Assembly (NCBI GenBank): GCA_012026655.1
Contig: JAAILG010001110.1
Coordinates: forward strand, 1-64,000
Source: Hydrolagus affinis
Taxonomy: Eukaryota
Direction of reading: 5' to 3'
DNA length: 64,000 nucleotides
Below the pieces are notes generated by a model. The model was not told the origin of the DNA. It saw only the letters and a list, made by a program, of their open reading frames with translations, and ran no database searches. Below, piece by piece: positions 26,309-39,110 of this stretch (position 1 is its first letter; each line of letters opens with the position of its first letter). A program made the position numbers and the translations under genes.

Positions 26309-27511
26309 AGGGAGTTGAGAGGGACAGTTATCTGACGATTGCTCTGTAAAAGAGCTAGCACAGACACAATTGGCCAAATGGCCTTCACTTGTACTGTAAA
26401 TTTGTAGATTTCTATGATTCAAAGCAATTGATGGTAATTGTGGGAACAAGATTTTAGACTTGTCAATTGTTATCACCAGTGACTGTTCTGATGTATCATA
26501 CATATAATGCATTCCTTATTATTATAGTTGCTCTTTTATGAAAATATCTTGCTCTCATGCAAAGGTCAATTCTTGATCCTCGCTAATGATGTTGCTCTGC
26601 TCTCACTTTCCTGTCTTGTCTGTGTGTTACCAGTTGAGAGCCTCGAGGACTTCCTGATCTCTGGTCAGCAGGTCAGCTTTGCTTCTCATCAAAAGATGAA
26701 CATTTTAAAGTTTAAAATAAAGAAAGGGGCCATAAATTATCAGGAAATCCCTTTCTGAATCTGTTGACCCTCCATTTTTTCATTGTCAAATGTTAAAATT
26801 CTTTCACTAGGGAATAAATTTCTCACCAGTGTAAGAAGTGGGAATGAAATAAGCATAGAATGGTTAACCTTCTGAACCGTAACCATCTGAATCATTTATC
26901 TGTTTCCCTGAAGGACTCTTCCGTACTGGTGTCAGGAAAAATAGGAGTGCTGTTTGTGACTGTTAGTTTTATAATTTTCTCAAACACTGGCCTTTTATGC
27001 CAGTGTGGAAAATATTGCATCAAATGATGTTAGCAGTAATTATTACTTGCATTAATCCTTGCTTTTAATATAGAGTGTTATTATATCGATGAGATGCTTC
27101 AAAGCTCTTCACCGAATATACTGTGAAGTGACTGTCTGTTTTGTAGGGGAAATGCATCTTGGATTTAAACCAGGATTAATTTCAAAAGCATAACAAAGGA
27201 TACAAAAGATGTACACTCTATATCTCAGTCTGTATCTCTCATTGTGTCCTCCATTCCCGTGCAGATTCTCTCAAGATCTTTCTAAAGAAGTTTGTAATTT
27301 GCATTTAGTATTAATGTATGCAAATTGGCAATCATGTTGACCCACAAAACGCACAGTCACTCCAACTTATACAACTGTGAACAACTTTGAGTTGTCCTCC
27401 CTCTGTGAAAGATACTATATCAGATGTAAGGATTATTAGTATTAATAATTTATAGGATGCTATGTGCCATACTTGGAGTATTTTATACAGTATTATACCC
27501 TCATTATACTG

Positions 27512-27680
27512 TGGTGTCCTGTAACTCAGTGGTTAGAGCACTTGCCTTACAAGCATAAGACCTGTGTTCGAATCCAGGCAGGGCGTAACCTTGGGCAAGT
27601 TTCCTTACTCCACACACTTAATAATAATCCCTAAAAAAAACTATAATAAATTTGTCATTTCAACCCATGTTATTATTATT
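27512..27680 (+). mobile_element. SINE 5' half (tRNA head plus CORE part)
   Basis: gtcctgtaactcagtggttagagc...gttcgaatccaggcagggcgtaaccttgggcaagtttcc. Confidence 0.85.
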
Positions 27681-27904
27681 ACAGATGCTTTTCATTTCAT
27701 GCTGACTATTGTGCCTCTTTTTGTATTCAGCCTTTCTTTGTATTATTCAGTCTTTGCAGTGTTTTCTTTGCAGAAATGAACAAATATTCTATGGGATGCT
27801 GCTGGTGCCAATGTTATCCTATCTATTTTATACACAGAGTAAGCAACAACAGCAACAACAACTTTGATTTATATAGCACCCTCCACGTCGGACGGCATCT
27901 CAGT

Positions 27905-28098
27905 GAAACCACCTTCACTACCAACTTTTAAAAGGGAATTAGATCTTTATTTAGGGAGAACAGGTCTATTAGGCTATGGGGAGCGGGCAGGGCAGTGGGA
28001 TTGAATCACTCTTTTTTAAGAGCCGGCACAGACTAAATGGACCGAATGGCCTCCTTTTGTGCCGTAAAATCCTATGACTCTATGAATCTATGAATCTA
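27905..28098 (+). mobile_element. CR1-type LINE 3' end
   Basis: tttaaaagggaattagat...gagccggcacagac...ggaccgaatggcctcct... and a ctatgaat 8-mer tail. Confidence 0.75.
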
Positions 28099-29489
28099 AC
28101 CTCTGATTTGCACAAATCAACCAGAGCTAATCACAGTTTCCATCTTTTAGAACTACCAGTGCTTATGGAGCCCATTTTCTGAGTGTTGATGGTTGTTGAG
28201 TGTTGATGTTCTACAGACATGTGACCATGAGGAAACTAGCATTAAACAGTGAGGACAGACCTATTGTGAGCTCACATATTCTGGTGATGTTGTATTTTCT
28301 GCGGGTGAACTGAAAACCAGTTGAATCTAGTAAAAGCCAGATCCAATTTCAAAGCTTAACAACATTCTGTCAGTCAGGTAATTAAGAAATATATTATGAA
28401 CTTCTATTCTAGGAACATTTTTGAGAAAGCTTATGTTGCCTTAAATGAGATCTAAGGTTGCGACTTGAGATATATACCATCTGGTCTACAGATTACCCCA
28501 ATACCACTAACATCTTATTTCTTTATCCAGAAGGTAATTAATCTATAGGATAGGTTACCAGGAAGGGTGGTTGAGCCCAAGGCTCTGGACACATTTGAAA
28601 AACGGTTTGGTGCTGTGATGGGAAATCTATCGGGTGGGTATTCTTGAAGAATGAGATCAAATGGGCCGAAGTGCCTTCTTTCACTGCCACGCTGGCTTCA
28701 CGTATGGAGTCTGTCAAAATGAATCCATTAATTCACGTAAGTTCTGCCCTATTATGGACTTCATTGCAGCCCACCACCAAGGGGAATAATGGTTAAGTCC
28801 ATAAGAAAATGTTGTTTACACCTATCCTGCAGGGTGAAATGCTGGACAAGTTTCCTTACTCCATACACATCTGTTTATCTAGCACTAAGTAGGCTGTTAG
28901 TTGAATGGCGGATAGCTTTTATGGGAATAGTGATTCCTTCAAAAGCAAATAGATAAATAGTCACCAATCCATGATTGTTTATGGAAGGCTTGATAAGCTC
29001 CTATATCAAAAGCAAGGTTTATTATTATTACAACAACAACTTACCCTTATATAGCACTCTCCATGCAGCGTAGTGTCTCAGAGTTCTTAACAATGTTCGA
29101 GCCTGACACCCCATTCCTTTACCTTTTCCCACCTCTGCACATCACTTGTCTCAACCACTCCACCATTGGTGGCAGTGTTTTCAGTCACTACACTCCAAAA
29201 CTTTGGAACTCCCTGCTTCCATCCATCCACCTCCCCCCTCTTTGCTTATCTTCAGATAGCACCTAAAGGCCTTCCTCTTTGACCGTGCCAATGGTCACTT
29301 CCCCTCTCTCTTTGGATTGGCATGAAGCTCCGCTAATGTTTGGTGTTCCGAGGTGTTACCCCACACAAAGGATGCTACATAAATACAAGTTGCTGTTATA
29401 GAATAGTTATTATTATTTACAATATAAAAATTACATTTTATTTCATTATTATTTACAATACAAAATTACAAATTTCAATACAAATGTAC

Positions 29490-30165
29490 AAATGACATTT
29501 GTATTTTGCCGTTCACATCGGGAGAACGTTCCAAGATGTTGGACAGGCAGGGATTTGGACCCAAGCAGGAGGGTTGGGATTGGGTAGGAGGGAGGTAGGA
29601 GGGTGACCGAAGGTGTGGTCTTGAGATATGCCTTGAAGTAGACAAGAAAGTGAGGCAAAGGGACTGTGGGATGGAGTTCCAGAGGGTGGGTGCGAAGAGG
29701 CTGAAGGCTCGACCACCAATTGTGGGGTGGAATGGGGGCAACATGGAGCAGGCTAGAGTATGCTGAGTGGAGAGATTGGACAGGTTCATAAGGGGTTAGC
29801 AGGTCACAGAGGTAGGAAGGAACAAAGCATTGGAAGGCTCTGAAGGTGAAGATGAGGATTTTGAACTCTATCCTCTGGGATATGGGGAGTGGAGTCAAGC
29901 GAGGCTGGGGGTGATAGGGTTATGGAATACGGTGTGGGAGAGGACACAAGCTGCACACTTTTGGATGATTTGCAGCTTGAAGGAAGAGGGAAGGCCGACA
30001 AGCCTGGCATTGGCATAGTTGAGCCTAGATGTGATGAATGCATGGAAGAGGGTTTTGGCAGCATGAGGGGTGAGGCAGTGCCAGAGCTGGGCAATGTTTT
30101 GGAGGGGTGGCAGGCATCATGACACAGATGTGGAATAGAAGGACAGTTGAGGGTCAAACAAGTTG
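29490..30165 (-). mobile_element. L2 LINE 3' fragment
   Basis: ISQRIEFKILIFTFRA...PSYLCDLL and PTIGGRAFS...LWNS remnants, with tail. Confidence 0.85.
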
Positions 30166-30174
30166 TCTAGGATC

Positions 30175-30690
30175 TGGACTGGCTCCCCTCCACCAACATT
30201 CACAAAATCCAAGTTATCCAAAATTCTGTCACCCGCATTCTCACCCATACCAAACTTTGCTCCCCGATTACCCCAGTCCTTGCCAGACTTCACTGGCACC
30301 CTGTTTCGGAGTGGATTGATTTCAAGATCCTCACTCTTGTCTTCAAATCCTTCCACTCCTCTGCACCCCCGTACCTCTCTGACCTCTCTCCTCACAACGG
30401 CATACGTTGCCTTCGCTCTACTGGGTCTGGCCTCCTTCTTGTCTCCCGAATCCTCCGCTCCACAGTCAGCGGCCATGCCTTCAGCCATTACCCCCTGAGG
30501 GTCTGGATCTCCCTTCCTTAATCCCTTTGCATCGCCCCTCTTTTCCCATTTTCAATTCACACCTTTCTTTTTGACCGCGCTTTTGGTCACCTTTTGCCCC
30601 CTCGCTCTGGCTCGGCCCCGGGATCTGTTATTATGTAGCTCTCTGAAACACCGTCTGTCGTGGAGAGCGCTATATAAATCCAAGTTGATG
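30175..30690 (+). mobile_element. L2 LINE 3' fragment, head-to-head with the previous one
   Basis: Same subfamily as 11924-12525 (ctggctcggccccgggatc 3' UTR; gtggagagcgctatataaat tail). Confidence 0.85.
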
Positions 30691-31049
30691 TTAGGCTAGT
30701 GAGCCTTCAATTGACCAATCTCCCTATTAAAGAAAACTTGTATTTTTATAATAGCTTATTGAATTCTCCCCCAAGCACTTCACAGATGATTACTGTGAGT
30801 AATCACTATTTATTGGCAAAGCAGTCATTTGCCCCAGTGTAGGTCTCAGAATAGTCATGAGGTGACTGACCAATTAATCTGGCACTCAAGACAATGTAGG
30901 GTTCCCCCTCTATCCCCTGGTGGAGTGTCAGACTGGATCATCAGCTCAAATTTCTGATGTGGAGTTTGAACTCACAATCTTCTGACCCTGAGGCAAGACT
31001 GTTAGCAAATGAGCCAAGCTTAAACATATGTATGACGTTTCCCTATTTT

Positions 31050-32380
31050 TTTTACTGTGGAGAACATGATTATTACATGATGATCCTGCCATCATGATAT
31101 CCAGTGCCCTGCAAATATTATTCTATGTGTTTCCCCGACTGTTGGATATACACCATATAGGCCAGAGTTGTTCCTATATCCCTGAACTTATTAAATGCTA
31201 CATTCCCAATTTTTTTTATGAAGACGTAAAAGGTATGTTACAGAAATCCAATTATTATCTAAGTCAAATGTGTCTTTAGATCAAAGTCTCAGTAATTTCT
31301 GACTCATTACAAACGAAATATGTCAAGAGCCACAGTCAGGTGTGAATACATCAATAATTGGTTCCTTGATCTTGCATTCCAGTCAATAGTTCTGGAAACT
31401 AATCGATGATTCATCTGTTTTATCTTTTCAACTTCATTGCCACTTTTGACTTTTGCAGGTTGATCTCTCAATTGCTCTTCCATAGTTAGAAAGCTGAATG
31501 AGTATTTTGTATTCTCATTCAACATTTTCATCTTTACAGTCCTCTTTGCACTTCCAGTTTCCCTCTTATACCTTTTTACTAAATTCCTTTGCTTCTTCTA
31601 ATATTACTCTCCCTTTTCCTGTACATTTATTCCACTTTTATTTGCTCTATTTATTTCATGTATCAGAAGTGCTCATTTAACATTCAATTATTTTTCTTGT
31701 CTATGTACATTATATAATTTGCTGATTCCATTACTATTTTATAAGTACCTGCATTGGATTTCACCTCAACAAAGATATCTTTTAGTAATATTTTCCAGTT
31801 GGTTTATTTGAGTTTTGGCTCTAATTCCTCTGGTCTGTTGTTTTATACCATTTGCTTTTGTCCTAGTTCTCAGGACAATATAATCGCCAATATAATTTAC
31901 TCCAATATAATTTGAAATATATTTATATTTGAGTTATTGTCCTTAGAGATTTGACTGTTTCTGTATTAGCATCTTAAGATGTTAAACACTTAAATAGGCA
32001 ATTTAGTCCAGGAAGTCTTTGCTGATGTTATATGTAACCAAATATAATCTCACTTTCTTGCTTGTTCCACAAAACCTTTTATGCTTGTTCTCCTCCTATT
32101 CAAGCAGCTTATCTAATTCTCTTTTAAAATAATTCCACTAGTTATCTTGATTGATTTACTCCAAGTGTGGTCCTTGACATATTAAGTTTGTTATGAGTCA
32201 GAAACTGTTGGCCTTTCATCTAAACATCAGTTTATTTTGATGTGATAAGTCCAAAGTTTCTTATGCTCTGACTACTGGTGCATCAAATGACTCACTTATT
32301 GTTGATTCTTTTGATGATGTATCAGATAAGAAAATACTGATCAATGAAAACCAACCTATTTGATGAATTTTTCACACTGT
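31050..32380 (-). mobile_element. Possible very old CR1 ORF2 remnant
   Basis: Weak LNE....SF.T.EE-like and TLDL-like remnants with a pyrimidine-skewed + strand; heavily degenerate. Confidence 0.3.
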
Positions 32381-32699
32381 CAGTTTGGCATACTTGGTTC
32401 TACTCTTGCTTTTGGTTGAAAGGTTGCGGTTTGATAAAAAAAACCTATTTGGACATTCTAGTACAATATTGTTGGAGATGCTGTTTGATTGAGAAACAAC
32501 AATAACTTGCATTTGTATAACTCTCTTCATGAGTGGGAAAGTCTGAGCTCTGAAAGAAGTTAAAATAAGATCCAGAGTGGACTACCATGATGGTTCAAGG
32601 AGACAGTAAATATCCCTACTAAAAGTTTTGAAAATATTATGGTGTCCTGACCAATATTGTCTCCTCATCCACCTCCTGCCTGGATTAATCAAACACACG

Positions 32700-33030
32700 C
32701 TTCACCAGTCTCCCCAGCTCCACCATTCAAAAGAACCGACTCATTCAGAGCTCCGCTGCCCACATAATGACGTGGGCTAAACTCTGTATCTACATCTCAC
32801 CAGTTCTGGCCTAGGCTCCAATGGCTACTCATCACCAGACAGATCGACTTCAAGATCCTCAAATTTAGGTTCAAATCCATTAACTCCCTGGCATCTCCCT
32901 ATCTCTCTGACCTCACTCCCCAAACCACCACTCGGCACTTCCACTTGGCTAACACTGGCCTCCTGCTCATTCCTCTCACCCTCCGCCCCACCATCGGAGG
33001 TCACACTTTCATTGGTCACAGATGCTGGCA
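32700..33030 (+). mobile_element. L2 LINE fragment
   Basis: ctcattcagagctccgctgcc...gatcgacttcaagatcctc...cccaccatcggagg. Confidence 0.75.
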
Positions 33031-34352
33031 CCGAGGAGAATATTTTTACAGATTTTTTTTTAAGTCAAGGAGCGAAGGACCAAGATGAAGGGGTTTTGGA
33101 AGTGAGATCCCTGTAACAGTGATACAATGGCTGAAACCTTGGCCCTCAATAGTGGTAAGGAGACAATGTAGCCTGATTGAATCAGTTGAGTTTAGATCCC
33201 CAAACATCATTCCTAGGTTATTTAGTGCCTAGACTTAATTTGTCTGGTTGGTACAATTTCATGCATCCATTGCTTTGAAACGCCTACCTGATGTAAAGAC
33301 TTCATATCAAATATAAGGAAAAATTATTTTATTATCAACCGTTTAGAATTTTTGTGAGAGAAATATTTTTTTTCTAGTTTAATGTTCTATTCAATACTGT
33401 ACTGTAACGTCTTTGGGTTAATATGCGTTCCTCATTCCATTTCCCTCTCCCCACTTTCCTCCCCACCCTTACCAAATCCACAATTTTCTAGAAATGATAT
33501 CAATTTCTTTGGGGCTTATTATAGGAAAGGTGTAATACGTCTTTAACGTTGAAGTTTGACATTTACTGTTATGGACTAATTTGCTGTGCACTACAGTTGG
33601 GGAAAACTTGCTGACTGAATAGGAAATGTATGAACAGCTACCACAGCTAACAGTTGTTCCAGCTGTCTGGCCAAAATCTGTGGCTTTGTGAAGCTCCTCA
33701 TTTTTGATGAGTAAACTGGCCATGTGACCAATGTTCACTTAAAGCTTTCTTGAGAAAGGATTAAACGTATTTAGAGTCTTTTGCTGCCTCTGGGACTTAA
33801 TACTTAAAATCTCCAGCAGCATACTTAGTAATGCCTCCTTTTGACAGTTCCGCTACTCTTCTGAGGAGTGGGTATAATCCTGGCAATATGAGGTTAGCAG
33901 TGTCATTTAATAACCCCAGCAGAATGGAATGCTTGTTACTTTGGACCACCCGGCTTCCCTGCAAAATCCTTTTATGCTCAGAATCCAGTTTTTAGGCTGA
34001 ACAGATTTCTGAATACAACCTGCGTGCTTAAGTAGATAGGAAGCACAAAATAAGCTTAAGAAGACTGCTGTGGGTAGAGCACAAACGCCAGAGCTGAGAT
34101 GCAGATATAGATTCTCAAATTAAGAGCTCTCCATCCATGTGAATCCACCCAGGTAGTTGGCGATGACAAAATTAATTCAGATGAAGAAGATTCTTCAACC
34201 TCATCTTATCTCAACCTTCCCAAACACTCACCATTCCCATCACAACATCAAGCTGTTTTCTTTAATTGGTGGGCAAATGCTTTACAAACAGGAGGGGGAG
34301 ACGAGTTAATGGGAAAAATAGGAGGGCAAATTATTCCAAGAGTCCTCTACAG

Positions 34353-35120
34353 CAGGGTTTCTCAAACCATGGAGTGTGACCCTAAATTGGGTCATCCACT
34401 CAAACAGATTTAGAAAATTATGCCTTTTGCTATTTTAAAAAACCTACTAGTGCTACATAGCATGTTAACTGCGTAGATGAGTTTCTACCACAAGAATCCC
34501 AGGTCCTAAATTCTCAAATTCTCACGACAAGCGAGGATCGCAGGCCAGCCATAACATGTCTTTGCCGAACAATAATTACAAAAGCCAATAATTGAATTAA
34601 TACGAATAGCGTGGGGGTTGTTGTGGAACCTTTTTAGAACCCGCTATTCTTGCGGAAGAAGCTCTGTAATGAAGATATTTAGGCCGCAGCAGGTGCCAGT
34701 GATCAGCCGATCAATCAATCTATCATTTTACAGTAATCTTGTACTGAGAGGTTGGAGTGTATTTTAGTTAGAGAGGCAAGCCTTGTAGTCAGTGAAATGG
34801 AGACATTTTTAAACTGTCCTTTTGTAATTAGCGGTTATCGTTGGAATTCTTTTCATCAAACTTTGCTGAACTAAACAGAGAGAAGCAAGCTCAGGTTTCT
34901 CATTAAGTGAAACTATCTATCTTTTATATAACAAATAATTAAGTGCTCTATTTTAATATTCACTGAGTTTAGTACTTATTACATTACATTTATTCTGTTG
35001 ATGTGTGTATTGTATATAATGGGTACATTTAGTAAGCTAGATGTTTTTGCACTAAAGCTAGTTACTTGGCCATCAAAGTTTCCAACTGGATCCTGAACCC
35101 AAAAAGGTTGAGAACCAGTG
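34353..35120 (+). mobile_element. hAT-Charlie-type internally deleted DNA transposon
   Basis: TIRs cagggtttctcaaacc / ggttgagaaccagtg. Flanks ctctacag / gtctagac resemble the NTCTAGAN target. A transposase-like C-terminus KQAQVSH* lies at 34883-34906. Confidence 0.7.
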
Positions 35121-35948
35121 GTCTAGACTAGAGGACCTCCTAGTGTGGAATATAGTAAAGCACTGATACACCATACAGTAGATTGCTTGTCTGCCCTCTT
35201 GTGGACAGTTTGTGTGTGACCAGGAGAGAAACATGAAGGAGAAAACTGAAGAGATTTCCTTCAAAATCTACAAAAGATTGCATTGTTTTAACAGATATCA
35301 AGGTGGCAATTGCTTTCACAGCATATTTCAGATACATTCTGTTCTAATATAGAATACAGTTAGTGTAAATCTGATCAGAGAATGGAAAGTTGGATAAGTG
35401 ATTTTGTGTCATTACTAATGTAACTTTAGATATTTGTCAGTTTCACTTTGAACCCGTGTCTTTATTTGTATTGACCATTTGAACAAACATGAAATAAGTG
35501 ATTTATTCTTAAGGATACATTTCTGCTCTACAGGTGTAACAAAGAGCTTTTGTGCCTCTTTTACGCTGCACCTTTAGCTGTTTTAACAGTTTTCACCTAA
35601 TACTGTAGTATGAAATTCAGTTTTAAAGTATCAAAGTTATTAGACTTTCAGTTTAATGAGACTTTTGACTCGCACTTGATATTTCATCATAGCCAAAATC
35701 TAGTGAGACCGTGATGCATTCAGAGGCTTCCATGCAACGACACAAGTAAAGGGCATTTTTAGAATCTCTTGCCATTGGTTTCAGTATAAATTGAGTTTTG
35801 TCGCAGTTGACTTGCAAATAAATCCATAAAGCTGGAAAAATTGTATTTAAACATTTTTTGGCAGTTGTGTTGGATCACCTTCAACATTTGCTTAATCTTA
35901 TGAGGTTGCCATCATCCTTCCTGGCTTTTAATATTACTAATAACAGTA

Positions 35949-36174
35949 CAGTAAAAGCCCGTTTATTCGGCACCCGATCAACTGTAACTTCCGTATAACC
36001 GGCATCGCAAAAAAAAAGGTCCGCATTCGATTAACCGGAATTTATCTGGAAAAATGTATAACATTTATTTATTTAGTTTTTTTTAAAAATTTGCATTTTC
36101 AGATGAATATCCGGCACGCGCTTTAACCGGCATTGGTCAGGTCTCGAGGGTCCCGGATACAAGGGCTTTTATTG
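35949..36174. mobile_element. Tc1/mariner (Tigger-like) MITE, 226 bp
   Basis: TA|cagtaaaagcccgtttattcgg ... ccggatacaagggcttttattg|TA; internal aaccgg repeats; CpG-rich. Confidence 0.88.
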
Positions 36175-36518
36175 TACTTTTATCGTGTTATTGAAACATC
36201 TCAAAGGGCTTCACAAAATAAACAGTAAAATGACGTGACTGTATATTTTGTGAATTAAGAGTAAGGTAAGTTGTAATATTAAACACTTTAACCAGAATTG
36301 TGTCATGCCAATCAATCCCTGGTGAAGTGAAGGTCTTGTGGGTCGATTCACCTCTAGTAATTTTCAGGGTCACTACTTAGTGAATTCACTTTGTAACTAA
36401 TGTGTTTTGAACTCCATTGTCTTTAAATGCATTGTTTGCATCTAAAGCAGCAATTGCAACTTCCTGCCAAGTCTAACCACGTTGTATCTCTGATTGTTTC
36501 CTTTTTGTTTCCTTACAG

Positions 36519-36613
36519 CTTCCTTGTTGAAAGGCCTAAAACACACCAACATTGTGCTGCTCCATGACATCATTCACACCAAGGAAACCTTGACACTTGT
36601 CTTTGAATACGTG
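36519..36613 (+). CDS. CDK14: CDK14 internal coding exon: (A)[31 protein letters not shown]
   Basis: Strong acceptor ttttgtttccttacAG and donor GTG|GTAAGT. 95 nt, phase 1 to 0. Includes the LVFEY hinge/gatekeeper motif. Confidence 0.97.
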
Positions 36614-37208
36614 GTAAGTGCCTCCCTTCTCCATTACCAGCAGCTGGGCACTGATGGAATAATTTAGATTAAAATTGCCGTATAATTGCATTTATGTGAT
36701 TTCTGCCTCCACCACCACCAAACTGTAATCAGTCTTTGTCATGGTCTAAGTATGTCTGCACACATCATTGTCTGGCAGACACGTACTCCCATCGGGCCGT
36801 CAAGCCTGGCAATGTTTGAATATTATTGACTGCTGCTGGCTGGAGGAATGTGTCAGTCAACACAAACGGTTCTCCGTCCACTGAATGAGTCCCTATAGAT
36901 GCCCTGTGTTTCATTTGTACCTCTATTTGCAAGCACAGTAATCAGTTTTGTAACACGAGTTGCTTACCCCTGCAATGTTTGCACACACATCATGAAAATT
37001 GTACCAACCAATTTTAATTTCTGCATGAAACCATCACTGTGTGTTTGGATGCTGTTGCTGAAGGGCTGATGTCCATAACCCCCCACCCCATTCCACAAAA
37101 AAAACAGTTTTGTACACATCGAATTACCTGGGACTAATTTATCAGAAACCAGAATTTTCTGCAAATTGGGTAAGGATATGGTTACTGAAAATAATTAATC
37201 ATATCAAA

Positions 37209-37654
37209 TAGGGTCCAGCGATATATCGATAAATCGGTTATATCGATATCATTTTTCATATCGATATGCTGATATCGGAATTTAAAATATATCGATATAT
37301 CGAAAAATTCAATATGAAAATATATATTGGTATATCGTAAATATCGGTATATCGTTTCCGGCAATATATCGGTATTATCGGTATAATGCGATCTTTTCCA
37401 GCTTACCTTGTCGCCAGCATTGCAACCACCTGGGGCTAACGGCATGGAATGCGTGTGCATATCAGAATGCGTGTGCACCCCCGAATGCGCGCATACCCCC
37501 AAATGCGCGCGCACCCCCCCCGAATGCGCGCGTACCTCCGAATGCGCACGCATGCGAAGTATAAAAAAGCCTGGAAATATCAATATATCGGTATATATTG
37601 ATATGAGCTCACCGATATATCGATATCGGAGAATTTCCATATCGACGGACCCTA
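37209..37654. mobile_element. hAT non-autonomous element (MITE), 446 bp
   Basis: TIRs tagggtccagcgatat / atatcgacggacccta. 8-bp duplication atatcaaa (37201-37208) / acatcaaa (37655-37662). Many CGATAT/ATATCG subterminal repeats. Confidence 0.9.
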
Positions 37655-38759
37655 ACATCAAACTTCATTCTAAAAACTATTAGAATATTTTGTCTGAGCC
37701 AACGGAATCCAAGTCCTGACTCAGGTCATTTAGCAACAGTGTCTTTGTCCAGTACAATTTCACTCTTTACATTTTGGAAGGTTTATCTGGAGCATTCTTA
37801 CCAAATTAAACCACTGATCTCAAATTCTGTGCATGGGTGATCAGAGTTGCAACCGGCAGCACTTTCGGACGAATGTTTGGTAGATGGGAAAAATGATGCT
37901 CGAAGTTCAGTTCACTGCAGTTCTTTGTGAACATTGTAAATTGATATGTTCACTGTACAGAGCCAGGTTATATTATTTCTCAGGGTAAAATATTGTTTGT
38001 TCCTTGGATCAGTGCTCTGGCATGTAGTGAATAACGCACTGTTACATAATTAATAGTGAAAATTGCCTGAACCGTTTCCTTCATGATGTGTTTCTGACAC
38101 ATGTGAAATTGGTTTATTTTTCTTTTGGTACCTTTTCGCTCTGGTTTTTAAGTAATAGTTTGTCTTATTACCTGAATTGAAATGTACCACAGGTTTGTTG
38201 CCTCTTAATGACTCTTTATCAGTTAACCCAGTATTTTCATGTGAAGAAAGTTAGGATCTATTCAATTTTTCTGTCTGTTATTTACAAGCATGTCTATACA
38301 TACTGTAGCTTGGTATTGTTATGAATTATGAATGAAAGTGATACAGCAATATTCTATATACTGTATTATTTGTCTGAATAACTGATGCTGTTTTACTACT
38401 TCATAAAAGAGAACAGATTGTATGAATAGGTTTACAAAACCAAAGAAATCAATCTGCCATTAATGTAAACAAAATAGTGGGAAAAATGGAAAAGTGTGAA
38501 AGAGCTCAGTATCGGCAGATTTCTACAAACCTCATTGCCTTTTTTAAAATAAAGAAATCAGAGCCATTTTTAAAATACTTTGTATTGTTACATTATCATT
38601 TACAATTGTCATCAATCTGTCTGGCTGATTATAAAGTGAAAACGAAACACATATTTTCCCAAATAGATAAACACAGCAAATAAAATTGAAATAGATAATG
38701 AAATCAGACCTTTAAAAGTACACATGGTAAAGGGAGGGAATTTAAGAGAAGCAAAAACA

Positions 38760-39110
38760 AATTGGTTTAGTTATTAGGATTCTTGCCTTTGAATCAGTAG
38801 CTTGTGGGTTCAAGCCCCACATTGGCACTTTGAAATCATATAACCTAGTCTACCATGCCGCTGCAGTGCTGGGTTATACTGCATTGCTGGAGTTACCAAC
38901 CTTCAAAACAGATGTTATACTGAGATTAACATCTGCTTGTTCAGTTAGATATTAAAATCTCATGCCATATTAAAAAGAGAAGGGAGATTCTCCTGGTCAT
39001 CCTGGCCTGCGATCCCCCAGAAAACAAATTGGTCATTCACCTCATGACTTTGCGAAACACTGCTGTTCACAAATTAGTTGCCTGGTTTGCCTACAAATAA
39101 ACCCAGAAAT
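38760..39110 (+). mobile_element. Old DeuSINE-like SINE
   Basis: tRNA-like head (gtgggttcaagcccca), then ttctcctggtcatcctggcc...ttggtcattcacctcatg...gtttgcctac Deu-type segment. Confidence 0.65.

Noticed and set aside
27512-27585. tRNA-Val-like sequence (also at other SINE heads)
   Set aside because: It continues into SINE body sequence, has stem mismatches and is multi-copy, so it is a SINE head rather than a tRNA gene.
37447-37555. Short regularly spaced repeats (CRISPR-like?)
   Set aside because: They are head-to-tail 18-20 bp units with no unique spacers, no cas genes and a vertebrate intronic context.
37182-37683. 159-aa and 91-aa ORFs with repeated peptides
   Set aside because: They arise from the low-complexity repeats of the hAT MITE.
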